DNA of 48,401 nucleotides, filler included, from Jimgerdemannia flammicorona (GCA_003990765.1; 2 parts of 2 records of this genome joined end to end with filler, not necessarily neighbours in it), one strand, 5' to 3'; positions 12,001 through 22,608 are shown, counted from the whole stretch's first letter. Notes: a model not told the origin generated them from the sequence alone. Numbers and translations: made by a program.

Positions 12001-13775
12001 CTGCAAAGCCTGAATCTAAGAAGTATGTTGGATTGAAGTGCATTATATTTTTGCATTTATCTGTTTTATGTTTTAGCAGACAACTGTGTATATTAATTTT
12101 ATGTATTCCTCTGTAGATAATGATATTGGCGAGAAGGGAGCCAGCGCACTAGCCGAAGCACTGAAAATTAATGCGAGTGTGCAAAACCTGAATCTAACAG
12201 GTATATAGGAGTGAAGCGCATTATATTTTTACATTCATTTTTTTAACGTTCTAGCTGAAAAATACGCGGATTTTTTTTTTTTTGCTATTACTCTGTAGAC
12301 AGTCATATTGGCGAGAAGGGAGCCAGCGCTCTAGCCGAAGCACTGAAATGGAATACGAGCCTTCAAACCCTGAAATTATGGAGTACGTAGGAATGCAGCG
12401 CATTACGTTTTTACATTGATCAGTTTGCCATTCTAATCGATAAAAATGAATATATATTTTGTGTATTCCTCTGTAGACACTGTCTCTTTCAAAAAGGATA
12501 TTGGCGATAAGGGAGCCAACGCACTAGCCGAAGCACTGAAAATAAATACGAGCCTGCAAGACCTGGATCTAACAAGTATGTAGGAATTAAGTAAAAATAT
12601 TTTGCATTTGTCTAACTAACCACGCGTACACATTTTGTATGTTCCTCTGTAGACAATTGCATTGGCGAGAGGGGAGCTAGCGCACTGGCTGAAGCACTGA
12701 AAATCAACACGAGCCTGCAAGCCCTGTATCTACATAGTATGTAAGAATGATATTTGCATTCATCTGTTAAGTATTCTAATTGACGCGTATACTTTTATTT
12801 GTTCCTCTTTAGGCAATGTTATTGGCGAGAAGGGCGCCAGCGCAATAGCCGAAGCACTGAAAATGAACACGAGCCTGCAAGTCCTATATGTAGGAGGTAG
12901 GAATGAAGCGCATTTTATTTTTGCATTCATCTGTTTAGTGTTCTAGCTTACAGCCACGCGCATACATTTTTTGTGTTCTTCTGTAGTCAATGATATTGGC
13001 GAGAAGGGAGCCAGTGCACTGAGCGAAGCAATGAAAATGAACACGAGCGTGCAAAACCTGAATCTAACAGGTATATTGGGATCAAGCGCAAGATATTTTT
13101 GCAGTCAGCTCCTTGATGTTCTAGTTGACAAGCATCCATATACATTGTATGTGTTCCTCTGTAGAAAACGGTATAGGTGAGAAGGGAGCCAGCGCACTAG
13201 CCCAAGTACTGAAAATGAACACGAGCCTACAAATCCTGAATCTATTCTGTATGTAGGAATTAAAGCGCATTATATTCTTTTACTTATTTGTTTATTGTTC
13301 TACCTAAAACCACTCATATACATTTTATGTGTTCCTCTGTAGCCAATGGTATAGGCGACAAGGGAGCCAGCGAATTAGCCGAAGCATTGAAAATGAACAC
13401 GGGTCTGCAAAATCTGGATCTAACATGTATGTAGGAATGAAGAATATTCATTTTTGCATTCATCGGTTTAACGTTCTCGCTGCTAACCAGGTGTGTACAT
13501 TTTATGTGTTTGTAGGGAATGGTATTGGCGAGAAAGGAGCTAGCGCACTAGCCGAAGCACTGAAAATGAACACGAGCCTACAAGTCCTTTATGTAGGAGG
13601 TAGGAATGAAGCGCATTTTATTTTTGCATTCATCTGTTTAGTGTTCTAGCTGACAATCACACATATACATTTTATGTGATCCTCTGCAGCCAATTGGAAT
13701 ATTGACGAGAAGGGAAGGAGCGCACTAGCCGAAGCGCAGAAAGTGAACAAAGTCATCTACATTAACCAACTTTAG
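9041..13775 (+). CDS. SAM domain + 25 ribonuclease-inhibitor-like LRR protein (gene 1), one LRR per exon
   Basis: Exon 1 9041-9290 (SAM: W..NRVFEHF...ILQIQEVDGNALFQITKEDLLGPPYNLPGGP). Micro-exon ~9429/9435-9461. LRR exons start at 9549, 9702, 9916, 10094, 10266, 10440, 10589, 10762, 10930, 11087, 11260, 11429, 11607, 11777, 11939, 12117, 12299, 12477, 12653, 12813, 12987, 13165, 13343, 13516, with terminal exon 13690-13775 (TAG). All introns GT-AG phase 1; no stops in the spliced frame. Consensus xNxIGEKGASALAEALKMNTSLQxLxLx. Confidence 0.9.
9549..13775 (+). repeat. Tandem array of ~180-bp exon+intron units (LRR array 1)
   Basis: Repeated exon core attggcgagaagggagccagcgcactagccgaagcactgaaaatgaacacgagcctgcaa and repeated intron gtatgtaggaatgaagcgcatt...ctagctgac...tgtgttcctctgtag. 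Confidence 0.95.
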
Positions 13776-14281
13776 CGGAAACGATTGGACTTCCTATTAT
13801 AGCGAATTTCAATGTATACACCTAGTTAACCGCAGTTTTGCGATCAGGCCATAAAAATACCGTCTGTTTAGTTTTACCTTGCCAATATGGATTCCAAGCA
13901 TCCCAGACCTTTGCGTTCCCATCATACTACTTCGGGGGTGTGACTATGAAAGGTCGATGGTGAGAGTCTTTGTCAATTATGTGGCTCGGCACAATGAGTC
14001 ATGTCAATTTTGCAGGTAGCACAAGTTCGTCATATGACAACCATGCTTACTACAAGAGAATGTTCCGTGTATCGTCATGTGAGGTTTGAAACACAAAAAG
14101 GGATTGCAGTGCAATTTTTGGAGAATGTCGAAGGACCTGATTACCGAGCTTATGGAGCTCGGAGTTATTTTACACGGATAGGTCCCACACGGATAAATAC
14201 CTTGCGAAAATGGTTTTCGTATCGGCGGGCAACTCTCTTCTTGATCACCGAGAGGAAAATCGGTATACACATCAACCCACC

Positions 14282-14699
14282 ATGTCCTCCAAACTTCCAA
14301 ATCCTTCGCTTGACAAAATCGAGACCTGGGATGAAAATAGAGTCTTTGAACACTTTCAGCTTCCGGCTCTCGGATTGAAGCCCGCGCATGCAGAAATCTT
14401 CCAAAAACAGGAAGTCAACGGCAAAGCTCTTATTCAGCTTACCAAAGAAGATCTATTGGCACCTCCATATAACTTGCCTGGTGGACCTGTGACCATAATC
14501 ATGAAAGAGATTTCTCGATTAGGCGGTAACTACAGTCAAATGCAATGGTTTCAAGAAATTATTGTCAAATAATGGTTTTGCCAATAGTTATAAATATTAT
14601 TCAAAGTTCCGTTACCTTTTCTCATCGAAACTTAAACATTTCATTTGTATATATCTGACCTATGAACAGGGTTCGGTCAGTATGCGTTTCCAGAAGGCG

Positions 14700-14737
<38 letters not shown>

Positions 14738-17700
14738 CTTTTTGTAATGGCCATTAGTCACAGTTCACAAATTTGTTATCTTGAATTCTAACATAATTTG
14801 CACTTTAATTATATGTAAAAGCTATCAGCCAAAGTAACGTAAATGCTATTATCAAGAAAAATGTGGCTGACGTCGATGAACTGAAGCATAATATCGAATC
14901 GGTGAGACAGAAGATCGAATCGACAATGAATAAGAAGGATTTTATTTTTTATTTTTTATTTTATTTTTATTTTTTGCAAATTTTATAAAACTTTCCTGAT
15001 TATATTTCATTTTCTCAACATGTATATAGATCGTACAGGGCATAGAGCGTAATACAGAAAAAATAATGAGCGATATGGAAGACATAAAAGTCGATACAAG
15101 AAACATCCACAGCAGCCTCCAGGAACTTAGCGGCAAGGTTGACGGTCTGCCTAAGCTTATGCTTGATATCCATGAGGATACAGTCCCGCGACTCTTCTTC
15201 ATTTTTCCCGAGGATGGTCATTGGTTGGCACCATCAATCGACAGCCTCTTCACCAAAAAGTTCCGTCTATACTTTCTGTGCGAGCACGAAACCACCACGA
15301 CGAAATATTTCCATTTGGCATATCATGGCGGTTATCCTGTCGTCCGACCACGCGAGGTATATTATTTCGATATTCGGTATACCTTGCACTTCAGCTGTCG
15401 AGATACAATTATTTATTTTTCTGCTTATCATATGTCTACTGGCATTTATTTTAGTTTGTAGCTAAATATGGACCATATATACGTACGGTAGGTCTTCTGT
15501 TTGAATCTGAGCGTCCGAACTCTCTTTGCAAACCATCTAACATTTATCGTGCGAAATAGATTATGCCCTATCTAATAACGGCTGTTCGCTTGGGGGAACG
15601 CCTATTAGAATGCGTTCCTGCAGTCGGAAAATCAGCAGCAGAAGTCCTACGGGCGGGCGGTGACGTTGCTTCGATAGCATACAAGGCCACAGAATCGTCA
15701 ATCTTCACAAAACCTGAACTTGAGTTCTGCGCGCAGACTGAGAAAATGTTTGAGATACTTGGAGACAACCCCGAGGCTACTGACAAGCAGGTCACGAAAT
15801 ATACGACTGATACTCCGTCGTTTGTTCAGACGCAAGGAAAACCCCTGGGAATGATGGAAAGGCCTGATCTACGGGAACTTCAAGGTACAGTAATACATTC
15901 ATTTTATCTATTCAAGTGCGCATGCACGGATTTTACTTTATGCTCATTATTTCTTTTGAATTTTTGTTTATAGCTTACCTTCAGGGCTTGGATAATTCCA
16001 ACCGACTTGGAAATCTGCAGCGCGTGCTCCGTCATGGGGAAAATGGTAAAACAACTGTGCGGTGGGTGTGCAAGCGTCACGCCTCGGAATGGGAGACGAC
16101 AAATGCTGTTCGGGATGTTCATATGGTCATCAAGAGTAGCTCCATAGATAACGGCGTGACGTTTGACGACGCGACTTGGGAGCTGACGTTCGCATTGGTT
16201 TTTGGTCTCAATATTCATCTTGTATCTTTATATCTATTTTGTTTTCATACTCAAGATATTGTATTTATTTTAATATCAGGATTCAGAACTTGCCTAATGG
16301 TTCTCTGCATAAATTTCGAAATTCGGTGACGCGCGCAATGTCTGGTATCCCTTTGCGGAAAATCAGGTGGTTAGTTTGACTTTTAGAAACCTTTGCCTGA
16401 TCATAGTGACTAATGAGTGAATAAAATTGTAGCATTATAGATTGTGAAAAGGCTGATTCAGAAGATGTAGAAGCTCTGGTTAATGCCACAACCACCATTG
16501 AAATTCTTAAGTAAATTATGTTAAATTTTTGCTTTATAAACTTAATAAATTAAATATTAACACACTCTTTGCTATTGATATATATCTAGACTTAAAATGA
16601 AGAATATGCAGTATGATCACTTATCATTCAATGTTTTTATTTGACAATAGGTTATAGATCAGAAATCTCTATAGTAATAATTACTAATGAAATTAATCTT
16701 TACTGGTTTATAGATATAAAAATATTCTTCAGAAGTGTCTTCAGCTTCGAGAATTGGATCTCTCAGGTATATTATAATAACTGTTTAATATTTTCATCTG
16801 TGGCGATTTCGTATGAGCTTGTGTAGAGCAATATTTACAGCCAAGAGCAGCTGAGGTTGTGCAAATGAATATGTGTCTTCGAAGTTTGGGAATGTACATA
16901 TGAAAGCAAACTACATCTTTTCATTTATTTCTAACTACCAGCTATATATGTTATTTAGGCAGTCATATTCGCGATAAGGAAACCAAAGTACTAACTGAAG
17001 TATTTAAAAAGAGCACAATCCTGCAAAATCTGAATCTCTCAGGTATGTAGAAATGAAGCATATTTTATTTTTGCATTCCTATGTTAGTATAATAGTTGAA
17101 AATTGTGTATATAATGTATCTGGTAGACAATTACATCGGCGAGATGGGAGCCAGGGCACTAGCCGAAGCACTGAAAATGAACACGAGCCTGCAAAATCTG
17201 GATCTATATGGTATATGAGAACAAAGCGCGCTGATTTTTTCTTTTATTTCGCTTTTTATTTTATCATTTTTCGGTATTGCCGACGGCTGTGAATATATAT
17301 TTTATGTGTTCCTCTGTAGGAAATACCATTGGCGAGAAGGGAGCCAGCGCGCTAGCCGAAGCATTGAAAGTTAACACGAAACTACAAAACTTGGATCTAG
17401 GCAGTATGTAGGAATGAAGTGCATATTCATCTATTTGGTATTCTTGCTAATAACTACAGATATACATACATTTTATGTGTTCTTTTGTAGACAATAGCAT
17501 TGGCAAGGGAGCCAGCGCACTAGCCAAAACATTGAAAATGAACACGGGCCTGCAAAATCTGAATCTGGAAAGTATGTAGGAATGAAGACCATCCTAATTT
17601 TACATTCATCTAGCTGAAAATCATGTGAATACATTTTATGTGTTCCTATGTAGGAAATGGCATTGACGAGGAGGGAGCTAGCGCATTAGTCAAAGCACTG

Positions 17701-17913
17701 AAAACGAACACCATTCTGCAAACTCTGAATGTGAAAGGTGTGTAGGAATGAAGCGTGTTACATTCTTTGCACCCGTGTTTCTTTCTGACGGGCCTACATG
17801 TGATTTTATGCGTCCTCCATAGATAATGCCTTTACCGCACTATCAGAAGCCCTGATAATGATTAGATGCCTACAAAATCTGGATCTATCAGGTATGTATG
17901 AACGAAGCGCGTT

Positions 17914-17958
<45 letters not shown>

Positions 17959-19353
17959 TTTTTTTTTTTGTTTTTTTTGATCTATCAGTTTTGTATTCTG
18001 GCTGACAGTCATGCATATATATTTATTTGTTTCTCCATAGAGTGTTGCATTGGCGAGAAGGGAGCCTGTGCACTAGCCGAAGCATTGAAAATGCACACAA
18101 GCCTGCAAATCCTGAATCTGGAAAGTATGTTGAATTGAAGCGCATTATATTTTTGTATTCACCTGTTCAATGTTTAGACACATATACATTTATGTGTTCC
18201 TCTGTAGACAATTATATTGGCGAGAAGGGAGCTAGCGCACTAGCCGAAGTACTGAAAATGGACACGAGCCTTCAAAACCTTAATCTGGAATGTATGTAGG
18301 AAGGAAACGTATTATATTTTTGATTATATTGGTTTATTGTTCTAGCTGACAACCACACACATACATTTCTGTGTTCCTCTATAGTCAATGGTATTGGCGA
18401 GAAGGGAGCCTGCGCACTAGCCGAAGCGCTGAAAACGAACATGAGCCTGCAGCACCTGGATCTATGGGGTATGTAGAAATAAAGCCTATTTTATTTTTGC
18501 ATTCATCTGTTTAGTGTTCTAGCTGACAGCCATGATATTATACATTTGACGCATTTCTCTGAAGGCAACGGTATTGGCGAGAAGGGGGCCATCGCACTAG
18601 CCGAAGCATTGACAAAGAACAAGAGCCTGCGAAACCTGGTTCTAATCCGTATGTAGGAAGATGCGCGTTATAAAAACTTGCATTCATATGTTTAGTGATC
18701 TAGCTGACAATCACGCGTATACATTTATGTGTTCCTGTGTAGGAAATGATATTGGCGAGAAGGGAGCCAGTGCACTAGCCGAAGCACTCAAAATGAACAC
18801 AAGCTTGCAACACCTGGATCTATGGGGTATGAAAGATTGAAGCACTATATTTTTTATTCATGCATTTAGAATTCTAGCTGACAACTGCATATTTATACTT
18901 TATGTATTACTCTGTAGAAAATGGCATTGGCGAGAAGGGAGCCTGCACACTAGCTGAAGCACTGAAAATTAACACGAGCCTGCAAACCCTTAATCTACAC
19001 AGTATGTAGAAATGAATGCATTAAATTTTGCATTTATCGGTTTACTATTCTAGCCGACAACTTGGTGTATACATTTATGTGTTTCTCTGTAGACAATCAT
19101 ATTGGCGAGAAGGGAGCCAGCGCACTAGCTGAAGCACTGGAAATGAACACGAGCCTGCAAGACCTGAATCTACATTGTATGTATATAGGAATGAAGTGCA
19201 CTATATTTTTGCATTCAACTGTTTAGTGTTTAGGTGACAACCTCATATATATTTTTTATGCATCCCTCTGTAGTGAATGGCGTTGGCGAGGAGGGAAGGA
19301 GCGCACTAGCTGAAGCGCAGAAAGTGAACAAAGTCACCCGCATTAGAGTATAA
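14282..19353 (+). CDS. SAM + coiled coil + central PRLF/RLYFLCE domain + 14 RI-like LRR protein (gene 2), paralog of gene 1
   Basis: Exon 1 14282-14525 (SAM). Micro-exon ~14670-14696. Central exons ~14822-14901, 15030-15356, 15455-15487, 15560-15884, 15974-16187, 16280-16366, 16433-16510, 16590-16610, 16714-16766, 16827-16883 (some boundaries uncertain). LRR exons start at 16959, 17127, 17320, 17491, 17654, 17823, 18041, 18208, 18385, 18565, 18743, 18918, 19093, with terminal exon 19274-19353 (TAA). Confidence 0.82.
16959..19353 (+). repeat. Tandem array of ~180-bp exon+intron units (LRR array 2)
   Basis: Same repeat unit as array 1. Confidence 0.95.
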
Positions 19354-19559
19354 TATCGGCGGAAACGAGGTGGAATGGGAATCCTATTATGGCGAACTTT
19401 GATAAGAAAATATAATGGCAATCCCCACCCTTTTTCTATCATGTGACTGGCGACCAACACTCCCCCCCTACTTCTCTGTTAACGAATTAAATCGTGGCGA
19501 GGAGCTAGCGAAGAGGTTCCCGCATCCCGTAAGGAAGCGAATATATTTTGACTTACGCC

Positions 19560-20580
19560 ACGAGTTGGAGAGATGTCTTTGTCGCTTTGGTCAACGTCAT
19601 TTAAGGTGTTTCGTCTAACAAAGGAAACCTCGACTAGTTCAAGTGGCTTGTTAGCTTGTCCAGAAAGAGTGCTAGAGTATCGTGCTGTCGTTGAAAAAGC
19701 GATACCGGTATTGCGTCTGGTTGGAGAAAGGTTAAAGCTTCAATAATATTTGCTGCCAACGGACTTCGCTCTTGAATTTTTGGAATGGCAAATTCCACGC
19801 CGTAGCGATTGTCTCCTTGTATTTGTTTGGGGTAGCATTGCCCAGCCGGTAAAGAGCAGTTGCGGATTTATTTTAATTAGCCTCAGATAGGATATAGGTA
19901 ATATTTCCGTTTCAATGTATGAGCGCACAATATTGATGGCTAATGGAAAGCGATACAGCTCTTGTGAGATTTCCTTGGCGGTTTTGAAGTTGTCGGAAGG
20001 AGGGTGTGAGCCAAGCAAGGAAGGGCCTCCTCGTTCGCCATCTTGTCCACCTTAATCAGTTATCTCCGTCGGTTGTGGAAAAGTAATCGACTACATCTTT
20101 CGTGCTTTCCATGTTATCCAAAAGTAACAACCATCCCATTCCTTGGCTCGAGCCATCCCCGAATCCGATCAATCAATACGTCCTCATTTCTGGAAGCATC
20201 GACTTGAATGTTTATCATAGCTTCGTCGTCAACCCTCAAAATGCATCTATAGTCGCCTTGCTACTATCAACATCAAGTTAGAAGATAAAGGAATATTCTT
20301 CGCGATGCTGGTAGCAATATTTTAGCATAAGCTCGGATTTTCCCATCCTACCAATGCCTTTGAGAACCCCCGATATGCGCACGCCTTTCGATTGGTTGGT
20401 TTCCATTGCTTCATACCTTTGCCCAGGATGTCCTCTCGGCTTTCAAATCGGTTTGATGTCTCAATCCCAACTGAACATAATTTTTCGTCAATGTTTGCGG
20501 CACTGGCGATTGGCTTGCCGACCGATTCTGGCATTAATTGGGAGGATAGGCCCAATGTTCAAGGTTTTATAAGTGCATGA
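19560..20580 (-). pseudogene. NB-ARC (STAND NTPase, fungal NLR-type) pseudogene fragment
   Basis: In order on the minus strand: NRFESREDIL (F.GRE..L), Walker A LKGIGRMGKSELMLKY (~20365-20320), Walker B GWLLLLDNM (~20135-20110), GLPL-like FPLAINIVRSYI (~19950), then TAWNL.F...PLAANIIEALTFLQPDAIP. Contains stops and frameshifts. Confidence 0.8.
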
Positions 20581-20947
20581 CATATGCAATCATATTTTAC
20601 ACAACCTGTGAAATATGTCATCCATAGGTGCCACAATTTAGTGTGATAACTGAAAAGTAGAGTAGAGTTTTGAGAGCTAGTTGCATCATAGCCAAAGACT
20701 GCGGCTTGCCGTTATTTTTTTCTCATAATCGATATTCTACATCCCATCCCCAAAGTAGCGCGATGGTCTGGTAGGGGTAAAGGTGTCCTTTTGTGGCGAT
20801 TGAGAGGACATGGTGCATGACGAAGTCTGGGATATTTCGAATTCATATTGGCATAAGAGTGCGTGGGTGAATATAACATACGGTAATCGGCGTGATGTAT
20901 TTATGGCCTGAAGGTATAGGTCCCATTATACCTCGTTTTCGCCGATA

Positions 20948-21201
20948 TTATTCATAGTTAATGCGAATGCCTTTGTTCACTTTCTGCGCTTCGGCTAGTG
21001 CGCTCCTTCCCTTGACGCCAATATGCCAATTGGCTACAGCGGAAGACATAAAATTAATATGCGTGGTTGCCAGCTAGAACACTTAACAGTTGAATGCAAA
21101 ATTATAATGCGCTTCATCTGTTAGATCCAGAATTTGCAGGCTTGTGTTCTTTTTCACTGTTTTGGCTAGTGCGCGGGCTCCCTTCTCGTCAATACCATTC
21201 C
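20948..21201 (-). pseudogene. Orphan 3' end of a third LRR-exon gene (one 84-nt LRR exon + terminal exon), inverted relative to genes 1 and 2
   Basis: Exon 21201-21118 encodes NGIDEKGARALAKTVKKNTSLQILDLT with its GT donor deleted; homologous intron; terminal exon 21033-20948 encodes NWHIGVKGRSALAEAQKVNKGIRINYE*. Confidence 0.88.
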
Positions 21202-21255
21202 CTACAGAGGAACACATGCGCGGTTGTTGGACCATGAATTTAGCATGGCAGATAG

Positions 21256-21682
21256 AGCGTCATTCGACATCACGACGCTCGACCTCCTGATGGAGGAATG
21301 CAAGACCAACGGCGATACAATCGATTCGGGGATCCTGCGATTTTCGGGGCAGATTTCACCCGCCGCTCAAGAAACCGCAGGGTACGACAAGGTTTTGTAA
21401 TATGCCATTCAACTCCAAGAACAATTGGATGCTCAAGTTACTCAGATCTCGGACCGCTGCTGCCGTTCACCCCGAGTCATGTTCACCATGATGGAAATAT
21501 AAGGGTGCCCCGGACGTGCTTCTGCGACGATGCACGTGAAGTCGCCGCTTTCTGACGGGCGCTGATTGATCACGCTGAACGAGTCGCAGTGGGAACTGAT
21601 GTGTGCATACACGGAGATTGTGCCCGCGTGCATGACACCCGAGCAGAAGCTGAGGATCATTCACGAATTCCAATCGCGCGGT
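21256..21682 (+). pseudogene. Internally deleted P-type cation ATPase (type II, Na/K-ATPase-like) fragment
   Basis: Motifs in order: GDTIDSGILRF, MPFNSKNNWML, KGAPDVLLRRC, EIVPACMTPEQKLRIIHEFQSRG (cf. EIVFARTTPEQKLRIV). Frameshifted. Confidence 0.75.
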
Positions 21683-22337
21683 AGGAAATCTCTTCTGCAG
21701 TGTTGAAGACGATCGAGTACGGGCGACAGGTGTATGCCAATCTGAAAAAGATGATCCTATTCCTACTCCCTGCCGGTTCGAGGTCTGAGCTCTGACATTT
21801 GATCATCAACGCAATTGCGGGCCTCTGCAATCGTTGTCGTCGATCCAGATAATCATCGTGTGTTATTACGGACAATTTCGCGGCGACGATATTGGTACTT
21901 GAGGGCCCGGAGGCAGATTAGTTATTGCTGCAGCCTAGAAATCCCAAGATTGAATGGCTGGGGATTGGAAACTGCTTTGCCGGCGTATGGATTCATCAGG
22001 ATGATTGAGATGATTTGTTAAATGGTGTTGGCATTCGGGAACTTTCCAGGAGAGGTTTTCCCTTCTCATGGGGTTCGCCGGGCGTCGATCAGAGCTCCCA
22101 TGCGCAATATAATCTTAAATATATTGAATTACCTGCCTCTAAACTGTTTAGTATTTTATTTGGTAACTTAATTTATATACTTTTTTCCTATACATTTTTG
22201 CTAACCCCTAGTAGGTTCTTAATCGTTTCATCATTAATTGATCAAGTCAACGTTTAAATCCGCAAACCCAAACAAAGGCATAACCAAACACATAAATGGA
22301 CGTGTAATCCAATAGTTGTCTTAGCCTCAAGGGCAAC

Positions 22338-22575
22338 ATGGCCTCCATAATGACAGACTCAGCTTATAATGATATACCCATTGTCTGCGTCGATGACATT
22401 GAGCTTAGCGCATGTCTTGCTGTGTTGATTGTCAAGTGTGTTCGAGCATTCGTTGTTGTGTTTCAAATTATCGCTCTATTTCATATCTGCACCGCACCTA
22501 ATCTTCACGTATTAAAAGTGGTCTCCCCAAAAGGCACGCTACCAGCGGCGTTCAAGCTTTCATTTGGAGATTTTA

Positions 22576-22608
<33 letters not shown>

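Noticed and set aside
9549..19353. CRISPR-like array of conserved repeats with spacers
   Set aside because: The repeats are coding LRR exons, the spacers are homologous spliceosomal introns, the context is eukaryotic and there are no cas genes.
19560..21201. Single NB-ARC-LRR (plant/animal-style NLR) gene
   Set aside because: On the minus strand the LRR terminal exon and stop precede the NB-ARC, so the order is wrong and both pieces are disrupted.
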